Origin: Elusimicrobiota bacterium
GTDB taxonomy: Bacteria > Elusimicrobiota > Elusimicrobia > Elusimicrobiales > UBA9959
Length of the DNA: 50,158 nt
Assembly (NCBI GenBank): GCA_037137395.1
Contig: JBAXKK010000007.1
Location: 1 to 50,158, forward strand
Direction of reading: 5' to 3'
Below the pieces are notes generated by a model. The model made no database searches and was not told where the DNA came from. It worked only from the letters and a program-made list of their open reading frames with translations. Shown here piece after piece: positions 1 through 9,119 of the stretch. The stretch's first letter is position 1. Each line of letters begins with the position of its first letter. Position numbers and translations under genes: made by a program.

Positions 1-104
1 TTTACTTTTTACAGGACGGCAAGATTATATCTCAATCAGAAGGATGGGGCGGCGCAGACGACCAGAAAGAGAGTAGAAATAATTTATTAAAAGGTTTCCG
101 GGGA
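1..104. repeat. Left copy of ~104-bp inverted repeat shared with the window end; contains the 3' end of a truncated CDS (frame 2, ...LLFTGRQDYISIRRMGRRRRPERE*, stop 74-76)
   Basis: Reverse complement of 50055-50158 with 5 mismatches; first 55 nt identical; overlaps the start of the perfect palindrome GGGGACAGCTGTCCCC (100-115). Confidence 0.9.
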
Positions 105-131
105 CAGCTGTCCCCGTATCTTTGGATCTTA

Positions 132-1142
132 CTACTCGGCGAGTTCGAACATTTTTTCTATGGCTTTTTGGGCGCGGACGGCTGTTTCGGGGGGGACTGT
201 CACTTCCAGTTCCGGCCTCGGGTTTTCCAGAGCGTCCAGGATACTTTCCAGCGTGATAGACTTCATGTATGGACATAATCTGCACATCGCTATAAAATTC
301 TTTTGCGGGAATCGGATACGCGCCAGCTCTCCGAAACCGCATTCCGTAACCAGCAGATAGGCCGCCGCGTTCGTGTTCTCTATGTAATGCAGCATGTCTC
401 CGGTCCCGCCCATAAAATCCACGGCGTTAATTATATCCGAGGGACACTCGGCATGCGCCAGAACCGCCAGCCCCGGGTGGTTTTTCCGGTAAACCCCTAT
501 AACCGCCGCGTTAAATTTATCGTGCACTACGCATGAACCCTGCCATAAGATAATATCTTTGCCGGAAGTTTTATCCAGGACCTTGGCCAGATTTGCGCCC
601 ATAAAACGGTCGGGTATGAAAATTATCTTTTCATTCTTCCGATAAAGCTGGCGCAATATCTTTTCAGCGTTCGCGCTGGTCACTACGCAATCCGATTCGG
701 CTTTCACTTCGGCCGAGGTGTTTATATAAGTTACCACCGGCAGACCGGGATACCTGGCTTTTAATTTACGCACGTCTTCAGCGGTAACGCTTTCGCTCAA
801 GGAGCAGCCGGAGTTCCGGGAGGGGATGTACACTTTTTTAGAGGGATTAAGGATCTTGGCGGTCTCGCCCATAAAGCGGACGCCGCAAAAAATTATAATA
901 TCCGCGTCCGTATTGCGGGAATCATCCGCCAGCTTATAAGAGTCCCCGATAATATCGCCGACGCCGCAGATGATATCCGGGGTCTGATACACATGGGCGC
1001 AAATAACAGCGTTTTTCTTCTTCTTAAGCCGATTTATCTTTTCGGTCAGCGCGGCCACGGCCGGAAGCCCCCTTGCCAGGCAGTTCTCCCGAAGGCCCTT
1101 ACCCGATAACCTTTTGATTTCCTCTTTCAACATCGCTTCCAT
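132..1142 (-). CDS. nadA: Quinolinate synthase A
   Basis: AHVYQ, GDSYKL, FCGVRFMGETAKILNP, GCSL, TYINTSAEVKAESD, CVVH, HAEC, CPYMK motifs with the three Fe-S Cys. Confidence 0.95.
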   Translation of the reverse strand: MEAMLKEEIKRLSGKGLRENCLARGLPAVAALTEKINRLKKKKNAVICAHVYQTPDIICGVGDIIGDSYKLADDSRNTDADIIIFCGVRFMGETAKILNPSKKVYIPSRNSGCSLSESVTAEDVRKLKARYPGLPVVTYINTSAEVKAESDCVVTSANAEKILRQLYRKNEKIIFIPDRFMGANLAKVLDKTSGKDIILWQGSCVVHDKFNAAVIGVYRKNHPGLAVLAHAECPSDIINAVDFMGGTGDMLHYIENTNAAAYLLVTECGFGELARIRFPQKNFIAMCRLCPYMKSITLESILDALENPRPELEVTVPPETAVRAQKAIEKMFELAE

Positions 1143-1143
1143 A

Positions 1144-1860
1144 TTATTTCTGCAGTATATCCGGATAATTAGAGAAAATACCGTCCACGCCGATTTTCTG
1201 CATCCGCAGGGCGTCGGTTTTTTTATTTACGGTGTAGACGCATACGCTAAAACCCGCCTTGCGGAGCAGGGCGACATTGAGCGCGACGGCAATACGCAGG
1301 GATATGTGAAAATTTACCGCCCCCACCGCTTTAGCCCTGACAATGGCGGGCAGCAATAGTAAAGTCGCGAGACGATGGCCCAGATATCCCAATTTGATAA
1401 ATTTATCCAAAGCCCGCAAACGCTTTAGCGTCCCATAATCAAAGCTGGAGAACAGGGCTTTTTCCGACAGGCCGTGGCGCTGGCGGACAAAGTTAAGCAC
1501 CGCTTCCTCAAGACCCGGATAAACGTTCAGATCATTCTTGAGCTCAAAGTTTATCCACTCGGCCTTCGGGGCAATAAGATTTACTATCTCCTCAAGGAGC
1601 GGGACGCGCTCCACGGGAAAGCCGAATTTATTTCCGACATTTATCTTTTTCAGGGCGGCGTAATCAAGGTCCGCGATCTTAGCGTGGTTTCCCGCGGTGA
1701 GTTTAAGGTCATAATCGTGGTGCACGACCAGTTTTTTATCTTTGGTCATATGCACATCAAACTCAAAGGCCTTTGAGCCCATCTTCAGGGCAAGATCAAA
1801 CGCTGAGATGGTGTTTTCCGGCGCGTAGCCGGAAGCGCCGCGATGCGATATTATTTTCAC
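1144..1860 (-). CDS. Glycerophosphodiester phosphodiesterase (GDPD family)
   Basis: SHRGASGYAPENT, EFDV, VVHHD, ELK, SSFD, YTVN, DGIFSNYPD. Confidence 0.92.
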   Translation of the reverse strand: MKIISHRGASGYAPENTISAFDLALKMGSKAFEFDVHMTKDKKLVVHHDYDLKLTAGNHAKIADLDYAALKKINVGNKFGFPVERVPLLEEIVNLIAPKAEWINFELKNDLNVYPGLEEAVLNFVRQRHGLSEKALFSSFDYGTLKRLRALDKFIKLGYLGHRLATLLLLPAIVRAKAVGAVNFHISLRIAVALNVALLRKAGFSVCVYTVNKKTDALRMQKIGVDGIFSNYPDILQK

Positions 1861-2669
1861 AAGAACATTCCTTTCAGCGGCTCGAAGAATTCATCATGGA
1901 ATTCAAAGCCGTACAGTTCGCCGCGCCCCGAATCGGGACCGTGGTAATCGGTGCCGGCAGTGACCAGAAGTCCGTGCGCTTTAGCAAGAGCAAGAAACTC
2001 CCGCGTAAGAACATTGGTGTGGGCCGGATAAAAAGCCTCTATCCCGTCCAAACCCATGTCTTTCCACTTGCCCAGCTCGAGTATATTATAAACAACTCCG
2101 GGGTGCGCCAGCACCGCTATTCCGCCGGCATTTTTTATGGTCTTTATGGCCTCTTCAATATCAGGGCCGCGTGGTGGTGAGTAGGCTGGCTTCCCATAGG
2201 CTATGTATTTTTCAAAAGCTTTCTGACGCGTCTTAACGAACCCTTTGCTTTTCATCAGGTCTGCGATATGCGGCCGCCCGTAGGAATGTCCGGAGGATGT
2301 ATTAAGCTCATCGAAAGAAACATCCACGCCCTGCTCCTTGAGCAGAGCGAGGATCTTTTTAAGCCGCTCAATACGGCGGGCGCGAAAATCCTCAAGCTTG
2401 GCCAGAAATACGGGGTCTTTCAGGTTCAGGCCGTAACCAAGTATATGAAGATTATCGTGGAGCGTGGTGCTGAGCTCTATGCCGTAAAGATAATGGATAC
2501 CGAGCTCTTTCAAGTGTGGCTCAATCTCCTCCCAGCCCAGAGAAATGTCATGGTCGGTGAGCGAGAAATATCCTATCTTGGCTTTTGAAACAGCATCCGC
2601 CAGTTCACGGGGCGTTAGCGTGCCATCCGAACACCTGGAATGGGAGTGGAGATTTATTAATGCCGTAAT
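1857..2669 (-). CDS. PHP-domain phosphoesterase (TrpH/YciV-like); probable non-canonical ATT start at 2669
   Basis: The frame stays open upstream of the 2513 TTG and encodes NLHSHSRCSDG and LTDHD; later GIELS, HILGY, GRPHIA, LAHPG, GTDYHG. Confidence 0.88.
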   Translation of the reverse strand: MTALINLHSHSRCSDGTLTPRELADAVSKAKIGYFSLTDHDISLGWEEIEPHLKELGIHYLYGIELSTTLHDNLHILGYGLNLKDPVFLAKLEDFRARRIERLKKILALLKEQGVDVSFDELNTSSGHSYGRPHIADLMKSKGFVKTRQKAFEKYIAYGKPAYSPPRGPDIEEAIKTIKNAGGIAVLAHPGVVYNILELGKWKDMGLDGIEAFYPAHTNVLTREFLALAKAHGLLVTAGTDYHGPDSGRGELYGFEFHDEFFEPLKGMFL

Positions 2670-2687
2670 GTTACCTGTTGTTATCTA

Positions 2688-2912
2688 TCAGCCGACAACA
2701 ATTTCTTTGACTTGGGGGACTTCTTCCTTTATCATGCGCTCCACAACATTCTTAAGGGTCATGGTGGCATGCGGGCAGCAGCCGCAGGCTCCGGTAAGCC
2801 GCACTTTCACGATGCCGCTCTTTTCATCCACTCCCAGCAGCTCGATAGAGCCGCCGTCCGCCTCGAGCATGGGTTTTATTTTCTCAATAACTTTGGCAAT
2901 TTTTTCTTTCAT
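2688..2912 (-). CDS. NifU-like (Nfu) Fe-S carrier domain protein
   Basis: IKPMLEADGGSIEL...VRLTGACGCCP (CxxC) typical of NifU_C/Nfu. Confidence 0.9.
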   Translation of the reverse strand: MKEKIAKVIEKIKPMLEADGGSIELLGVDEKSGIVKVRLTGACGCCPHATMTLKNVVERMIKEEVPQVKEIVVG

Positions 2913-3030
2913 GATATCTCCTTTATAAACAAATTATAGCAAGTATTCCTCCAGCGCCGCTCCACCTCGCGTGACACCGCGCCAAACATGGTGGGCCGCG
3001 TGAACCCCTAAATATTTGTAAAATATCCGC

Positions 3031-3435
3031 ATGCTCATGGAAACTAAAAATGTCCGCCAGATCAAAGGCGACCCGCCGCGCCGATGGTTTTCCGACTCTT
3101 TCTTTGACCTTATCGTCTGGCAGGATACAGACAAATCAATATGGGGTTTCCAGCTCTGCTATGACCTGGAAGTCAATCCTCGCGCGCTCACCTGGACAAA
3201 GGTGCAGAGTTACTCTCACTCGGGTATAGACGACGGGGAAGGAGCCAGTGGCGCGCATAAATCATCCCCGATACTGGTGCAGGACGGCTTGTTTGACCCG
3301 AAGGGCGTCAGCGAGCTTTTAATCGCCTCCGCCGGAGATCTGCCGAAGGAAATACTGTCATTTGTGACTGAAAAATTAGACAATTTTAAGATCTGCGCGT
3401 CGAACGGACATAAGCCTTTATATGACAAAATTTAA
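3031..3435 (+). CDS. Hypothetical protein
   Basis: 134-aa ORF with normal composition (RRWFSD..FDLIVW..GFQLCYD), overlapping the next gene. Confidence 0.65.
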   Translation: MLMETKNVRQIKGDPPRRWFSDSFFDLIVWQDTDKSIWGFQLCYDLEVNPRALTWTKVQSYSHSGIDDGEGASGAHKSSPILVQDGLFDPKGVSELLIASAGDLPKEILSFVTEKLDNFKICASNGHKPLYDKI

Positions 3436-3901
3436 ACCTGTGATGGGGCGCGGCGATACCGGGATGACCGACCTGCCTACTGGAAAGCGGGTAAAAAAAA
3501 CCGATAAGCGGATAAAGGCCCTTGGCCTTATAGACGAGCTAGGCGCGTTATTAGGTCTCGTGAAGGTTAAGCTGTCCGGCAAAAAGGGCGCGGCGGAATT
3601 TCACAGAATGCAGCAAGCCCTTTTAACAGTCGGCTCACACGCGGCCGGTATTAATTTTGCGGCGAAACTTAAAACAGAGACCGCTTATCTAGAAACCAGG
3701 ATAGACAAGCTTTCTTCCGCCGCAAAACCGCCCCTTAAATTCATACTGCCGGGCCGGACTGAAACCGAAGTCCTTATCCATCTTGCCCGGACAAAAGCGC
3801 GGAGCTGCGAGATCTCGCTCTGGGAAACAAACTCCGCCCCCGCGGCCGTTTACCTGAACCGTCTTTCCGACTATCTCTTCCTATTGGCCGGCGAAAAGTA
3901 G
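3422..3901 (+). CDS. ATP:cob(I)alamin adenosyltransferase, PduO type (divergent)
   Basis: GDTGMT, RVKK..RIKALGLIDEL, FILPG, HLARTKAR, YLNRLSDYLF. Confidence 0.85.
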   Translation: MTKFKPVMGRGDTGMTDLPTGKRVKKTDKRIKALGLIDELGALLGLVKVKLSGKKGAAEFHRMQQALLTVGSHAAGINFAAKLKTETAYLETRIDKLSSAAKPPLKFILPGRTETEVLIHLARTKARSCEISLWETNSAPAAVYLNRLSDYLFLLAGEK

Positions 3902-3950
3902 CCCAAAAGTCCCAGTTGAGCCTTTCCACCCGCATAGCAGCCGCCACAAT

Positions 3951-3980
3951 AAAAAAAAGCCGCTACGGACGCGGCTTTTT
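3951..3980. terminator. Bidirectional intrinsic terminator
   Basis: A8-GCCGC...GCGGC-T5 hairpin between convergent genes. Confidence 0.7.
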
Positions 3981-4001
3981 GCTTTTATTATGTTCCTTTG
4001 T

Positions 4002-5612
4002 TTACATTTTTTCAGGAGCGGAGACGCCAAGCAGCCCCAGCCCACGGCCGATTACGCGCTGCACGGCTTTAAGCAAAAACAGGCGGAAAGCCGTGGTTTC
4101 CGGCTCGGCCGCATCGAGAACCTTATGCTGGTCGTAAAAAGAGTGGAACATGGCCGACAGCTCGCTTAAATAAACTGTCAGCTGGTGCGGAGAGGAATCG
4201 CGCACGCAGGTCTCAAGGACTTTTTCCAACCATAACAGTTTAATCATAAGAGACCGCTCTTCGGGGTTGGGCTTTATCAGCGCCGGGTCATACACCCGCG
4301 CCGGGTCAACGCCCTTGTCGGCGGCGTTGTTAAAGATAGAGCAGATCCGGGCATGCACATATTGCACATAGAACACCGGGTTATCGTTAGATTTCTTTTT
4401 GGCCAGGTCTATGTCAAAGGTCATATGGGAATTGGGACTGTGCATCGCGAAGAAGAAACGACAGGCGTCAGACCCCACCTCGTCCACAAGCTCCTTCAGG
4501 GAAATAAAATCCCCCGCGCGTTTTGACATCTTTACAAGTTCCATGCCGCGCTTTAAAAGCACCTGCTGATGAATAATTATTTTAAATAGTTCTTTGTCAT
4601 GCCCTAGGGCTGAAACAGCGGCCTCCATCCTGGGCACATGGCCGTGATGATCCGCTCCCCAGATATCGACTATTTTCGTAAAGCCCCTATCGATCTTGTT
4701 CAGATGATAGGCTATATCGTTCAGGAAATATGTGTTATGGCCGTCAGACTTAACCAGCACGCGGTCTTTGTCGTCAGAATCCATCACCGAGGAGGTGCCG
4801 AGCCAAAGCGCGCCCTCTTTTTCATAAGTCATGCCGCGTTTCTTCAGTTCTTCCAGAGCTTTTTCTGGGCCGCCGGCCTCGTGCAGCTCGGATTCCAGGA
4901 ACCATCTGTCAAACTCCACGCCGAAAGCTTTCATATCCGCCTTGTGAAGGATAAGCATTTCCCTCACGGCAAATTCAGAAAACTGCTTGTCGCTCCACCC
5001 GGCGGCTTCCGAAGGCAGCGCGACGGCCATCTCTTTAAGATACTCGCCCTGATAGCCGTCTTCCGGCGGGTTCTGCCCCTGGTACCTGGCTTTAAGAGAC
5101 TGCCCCAGCAGCAAAACTTGCCTGCCGACATTATTGACATAAAATTCTTCTTTCACCTGATACCCTAAAAACCGCATGATACGGGAGAGCGAATCGCCCA
5201 GCGTGGCGCCGCGCCCGGAAGCCAGGTGCATCGGTCCGGTGGGATTGGCTGAAACAAATTCAATATTTACTTTTTCGGCGGCGTGGACGGGATTCGCGAA
5301 ATAGGAATCCTCCGATAGTATCCGGCCCGTATCATCCAGCAGGGATTTATCCCTCAGGCTGATGTTAACAAACCCGGGGGGCAGCACCGCGGCGTCGTAT
5401 TTATCGGCAAGCGCCGCTTTAAGCTCCTCGGCTATTTTTAACGGCGGTTTTTTAAGGGCCTTCGCTGCGGCAATGGGCCAGGCCAGGGAAAGGTCACCCT
5501 TTATGTGCGGAGGTGGGACGGAAACGGAGAAATTCTTCAATTGCCCGTCGTCAAGGCTGAAAGCGTCCTTAGCCACAGCCTTCAGCTTCTCTTCAAGCTC
5601 GGAGAGTTTCAT
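4002..5612 (-). CDS. argS: Arginine--tRNA ligase
   Basis: EFVSANPTGPMH (HIGH region), WGADHHG, KMSKRAG, NPVFYVQYVHARICSI, C-terminal GVSAPEKM. Confidence 0.97.
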   Translation of the reverse strand: MKLSELEEKLKAVAKDAFSLDDGQLKNFSVSVPPPHIKGDLSLAWPIAAAKALKKPPLKIAEELKAALADKYDAAVLPPGFVNISLRDKSLLDDTGRILSEDSYFANPVHAAEKVNIEFVSANPTGPMHLASGRGATLGDSLSRIMRFLGYQVKEEFYVNNVGRQVLLLGQSLKARYQGQNPPEDGYQGEYLKEMAVALPSEAAGWSDKQFSEFAVREMLILHKADMKAFGVEFDRWFLESELHEAGGPEKALEELKKRGMTYEKEGALWLGTSSVMDSDDKDRVLVKSDGHNTYFLNDIAYHLNKIDRGFTKIVDIWGADHHGHVPRMEAAVSALGHDKELFKIIIHQQVLLKRGMELVKMSKRAGDFISLKELVDEVGSDACRFFFAMHSPNSHMTFDIDLAKKKSNDNPVFYVQYVHARICSIFNNAADKGVDPARVYDPALIKPNPEERSLMIKLLWLEKVLETCVRDSSPHQLTVYLSELSAMFHSFYDQHKVLDAAEPETTAFRLFLLKAVQRVIGRGLGLLGVSAPEKM

Positions 5613-6232
5613 TATTTTTTCTTTTTAGAAACTTTTTTCTTGGCGGCTTTTTGGGAAGCGGCCTTCCGGGCCGGGGCCTTCTTAACGGCTTTTTTGGCAG
5701 CCGTTTTTTTTGTCGGAGTTTTTTTGGCCGCTATTTTTTTAGATTTTACAGGAGCAGCTTTGGCTTTTTTCGCCGCCACCGGGGCTTTTTTCTGAACGGA
5801 TTTCCGCGCCACTTTCACTGCCGCGCTGTCTTGCTGCCGCGCTGTTTTGCCGCCGTGCGTCTGCGCGGCTACTTTTTCTTCCCATTTAATGGCGCTGTAG
5901 CCGGCGTATACCTTATCGAAAGAATAAAATTCTCTGGCCTGCTTTTCAAAGATGTGCACGATGATGCCGCCGTAATCCAGAACCTTCCAGTTCTTGGACT
6001 TCATGCCGTCCCGATAAATAGCGTAGAATCCTTCTTTTTTCAGATTTATGGATATTTCGTCGTCCACGGCGTCAAGTTGCGTCGGGTTGTCAACCGTTAC
6101 CACCACAACATAATCGGCGAGTTCCGAGCGGCCGGCCATATCGTATACGGCCACGGCCTCGGCTTTCTTTGCGTCCGCCAGTCTGGCGACGGTAATAGCG
6201 ATGTTCTTGAATTCGTTTTTATTGTCTTTCAT
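5612..6232 (-). CDS. rsfS: Ribosomal silencing factor RsfS with histone H1-like Lys/Ala-rich C-terminal tail
   Basis: KKAE..VYD..ADYVVVVT, WKVLDYGGIIVHIF..AREFY; tail of KKA/AAKK repeats. Confidence 0.88.
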   Translation of the reverse strand: MKDNKNEFKNIAITVARLADAKKAEAVAVYDMAGRSELADYVVVVTVDNPTQLDAVDDEISINLKKEGFYAIYRDGMKSKNWKVLDYGGIIVHIFEKQAREFYSFDKVYAGYSAIKWEEKVAAQTHGGKTARQQDSAAVKVARKSVQKKAPVAAKKAKAAPVKSKKIAAKKTPTKKTAAKKAVKKAPARKAASQKAAKKKVSKKKK

Positions 6233-7119
6233 ATGTTATATTTCTGCGTTTTAAGTTTCAGCAGGAGCGCAGCTTCCATCCTGTGTTCTATATTTTCTAT
6301 GGCGGAGCCCATTATGGATGATATTGTATTAAATATAGTGGCAAGATTGTTCTTTTCGTAGTCAGAAATCCCCTCTGATCTGGAGAATATTATGTAGCCG
6401 GCCCGTTTACCGTGCGCATGAAAAACCATAATGTAAGAGGAGTCGTTCAGCCAACTGCTCCGGAGGTCCCCTTTCGCCTCTTTGGCCAAGGGGCCCTGTG
6501 TAAACCTTTCCAAAGAAACCACGGCCTCAAACTCTTCATTGAATTGATTATAAGCGTACCCGTTGAAGTTCCAAACTCCGTCAAAATAAATGCGGATCTC
6601 CTCCACCGTTTTTTTAATGAACTCAGCGGGAGATTTATATTCCTGCATTACCAGATTACTCATGTCAAACAACATGGTCAGTTCGCTTGACGTGTGCTGC
6701 AGCCTTTTGGATATGACTTTTACTATTTCCGTGAAGATGGCGCTTCCGTTTTCCGGGTGTTCCGTGACGAATTTGAAGAATTCAGCGCGCCTTATCTCGT
6801 AAACTGAGGAATCTTTTTCCGCGCGGGCCTGGGCGAACCGAACCGCCCCCTCCAGCAGCGCCATCTCGCCGAAAAACTCTCCGTTTGACAGGATGGCCAG
6901 AGGCTTGAAATTACGCCCGGTCTCGTCTAAACCTTTTTCAATTACAACCTGCCCGGCGACAAGGATAAAAAGAGTGTCACCGGCACTTTTTTCCTTAAAT
7001 ATGATATCGCCGCCCTTGAAGGAAGAGCGTTTAAAAGCACCTCCGAATTCTCCAAGCATGCGGTCGGAAAAATTCTTAAAGAGCGGCACAGCCCTGAGAG
7101 CTTCTATTTCATTATCCAT
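6229..7119 (-). CDS. Cyclic-nucleotide-binding domain protein with uncharacterised (possibly GAF-like) C-terminal domain
   Basis: LRAVPLFKNFS, GDIIFKE..GDTLF, GEFFGEMALLEGAVRFAQARA; no HTH recognised. Confidence 0.8.
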   Translation of the reverse strand: MDNEIEALRAVPLFKNFSDRMLGEFGGAFKRSSFKGGDIIFKEKSAGDTLFILVAGQVVIEKGLDETGRNFKPLAILSNGEFFGEMALLEGAVRFAQARAEKDSSVYEIRRAEFFKFVTEHPENGSAIFTEIVKVISKRLQHTSSELTMLFDMSNLVMQEYKSPAEFIKKTVEEIRIYFDGVWNFNGYAYNQFNEEFEAVVSLERFTQGPLAKEAKGDLRSSWLNDSSYIMVFHAHGKRAGYIIFSRSEGISDYEKNNLATIFNTISSIMGSAIENIEHRMEAALLLKLKTQKYNI

Positions 7120-7149
7120 ATTTCTCCCTTTTCCAAAACTATTATCGTT

Positions 7150-8214
7150 TTACTCCGCGCAGAGTTTCTTAAACGTATCCTGGTCGTGCGCCTTGGCAAG
7201 AGCTACATCAAACGCCACCTGGTTCTCCTTCACCAGGTTTATAAGCGCCTTATCCATGGAGATCATGCCGCTCCGGGCGCCGGTCTCTATAGCGCTGTAG
7301 ATCATATGGGTCTTGCCTTCGCGTATAAGGTTGGAGATGGCGGGAGTCATGATCATTATCTCGCGCGCCGCCACGCGTCCCTTTCCATCCTTTCTTGGCA
7401 ATAGAATTTGGGAAACCACGGCCTGAAGCGCGCTGGCCAGCTGGACGCGCACCTGCGTCTGCTGGTGCGGGGGAAACACATCTATGACGCGGTCAACGGT
7501 GGAAGGCGCGTCCTGCGTATGCAGGGTGGCGAAAGTTAAATGCCCGGTCTCGGCCGCCGTTATGGTTAATTGGATTGTTTCAAGGTCGCGCATTTCTCCG
7601 ACCAGTATGACATTGGGGTCCTCGCGCAGCGCGGCTCTCAGCGCGTTGCTAAAAGACTTGGTATGCTGACCGATCTCGCGCTGGCGCACTACGCAACTTT
7701 TGGCCTCGTAAGTGAATTCTATTGGATCCTCGATGGTAAGCATGTGTCCCCGCTTTTTCTGGTTTATAAGGTCCAGAACGGCGGCCAGCGTGGTGGATTT
7801 CCCCGATCCGGTCGGACCGGTCACCAGCACCAGACCCTTGTGCAGAGTGGAAAGTCCCACGATGGTGGCATTAAGCCCCAGCTGCTCAGGAGTGGGAATA
7901 ATGGAAGGGATAACGCGCATAACCGCCTCCACACCATTGCGTGCAACCAACACATTGAGACGGAAACGGGAAAGGCCCGTAATGGCGAAAGAGCAGTCCA
8001 GTTCCCAGTTCGCCTCAAATTTGGCGCGCTGTTCATCGTAAAGCGTGGAGTAAACCAGCGATTTAGTGTCCTCCGCTGTAAGCACCGGCATCGTGGCGCC
8101 CACCGGGACTATCTCCCCGTTCAGTCTCATCATGGGGGGCTTCCCCACGCAGATATGAATATCGCTGGCTCCAAGCGCGACGGCGCTCTTAAGTATCGTT
8201 ATCAGATCAATCAT
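7150..8214 (-). CDS. pilT: Type IV pilus retraction ATPase PilT
   Basis: ASDIH, GPTGSGKSTT, TIEDPIE, LREDPNVILVGEMRD, AAETGHL..TLHT, AISNLIRE. Confidence 0.93.
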   Translation of the reverse strand: MIDLITILKSAVALGASDIHICVGKPPMMRLNGEIVPVGATMPVLTAEDTKSLVYSTLYDEQRAKFEANWELDCSFAITGLSRFRLNVLVARNGVEAVMRVIPSIIPTPEQLGLNATIVGLSTLHKGLVLVTGPTGSGKSTTLAAVLDLINQKKRGHMLTIEDPIEFTYEAKSCVVRQREIGQHTKSFSNALRAALREDPNVILVGEMRDLETIQLTITAAETGHLTFATLHTQDAPSTVDRVIDVFPPHQQTQVRVQLASALQAVVSQILLPRKDGKGRVAAREIMIMTPAISNLIREGKTHMIYSAIETGARSGMISMDKALINLVKENQVAFDVALAKAHDQDTFKKLCAE

Positions 8215-9119
8215 CTCATCCCCCTATTTATTTTTTCCATCTTGGAATAGTCAAAATCCGCGCCGAGTATTATCTTTATCTGTGCGATGGCGCGTTTATC
8301 GAACTTTGAATATATCTCCAGCCCGCCCAGATCAAGGGCCTCCCTGACAGCGTGAGCCGCTTTTATATTGTCGGAACAATTTACGATTTTTGTCTGCGTC
8401 TCTATGCTACCGTAAGTGCCGAAATTAATAACGTCAAAACCTTTGTCGCGCAGGAACTTCGTGACCGCGCCAGCCAGATCTTTCCTGCCTGATGCGTTCA
8501 TAACCTCAAGCCTCAAAACCGCGGGGGCATCCGGAGTTTCCGCCGCGGTTTCCGCGGCCAGAGCGGCGTCGGAGGATCGGGCCTTATTAAATTCCTCTTT
8601 AACAAAATTGGACGAATTCATGCGCGCCAGTTCCAGAGTGAGCAGCGCTATGTCATGCATGGAAAGATTTGTGGCGTCATTTTGCCTTAGCTCCCGCAGA
8701 TAGCGGACCAGCGGGCTTAGGGACGCCGGACACGCCCGCCAGTTGTTAATCATGTATTCAAAAGCGGCCATGTCCGGAGACTGGACCTCTATATAGGCCG
8801 GTTCCGATGCCCCGTTGCGGGAGAAATCTTTTAAAACATCGCTGGCGCGCTGATACGCCGAACCGCCGCGCGCGGATTTGCCCGGCAGCTTCACGGCGTC
8901 AACAGTTTTTGAAAAAGAATTATAAATAAAAAGCATCGGGTGTTCTTTGTTCAACATAACCAGTTCCACTTTTGAGTTGGAGGACAGTCTACGGGATATC
9001 GGGGAAAGGTAATGAGCGACCATAAGGGAGAACGTTATAAGTCCGCCCGCCGCCAAGATTATCAGTTGTTTTTTTCTGACAGCTTGTTCCATACTTTGAC
9101 ACTTTCGGGGTGAATCCAT
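8211..9119 (-). CDS. Membrane-anchored LytR C-terminal domain protein
   Basis: N-terminal TM; C-terminal LEVMNASGRKDLAG...GFDVINFG...IILGADF. Confidence 0.8.
   Translation of the reverse strand: MDSPRKCQSMEQAVRKKQLIILAAGGLITFSLMVAHYLSPISRRLSSNSKVELVMLNKEHPMLFIYNSFSKTVDAVKLPGKSARGGSAYQRASDVLKDFSRNGASEPAYIEVQSPDMAAFEYMINNWRACPASLSPLVRYLRELRQNDATNLSMHDIALLTLELARMNSSNFVKEEFNKARSSDAALAAETAAETPDAPAVLRLEVMNASGRKDLAGAVTKFLRDKGFDVINFGTYGSIETQTKIVNCSDNIKAAHAVREALDLGGLEIYSKFDKRAIAQIKIILGADFDYSKMEKINRGMR

Noticed and set aside
5505..6361. Plus-strand ORFs of 96 and 236 aa (and similar antisense ORFs across the window)
   Set aside because: They are shadows of well-supported genes on the opposite strand and have no recognisable motifs.
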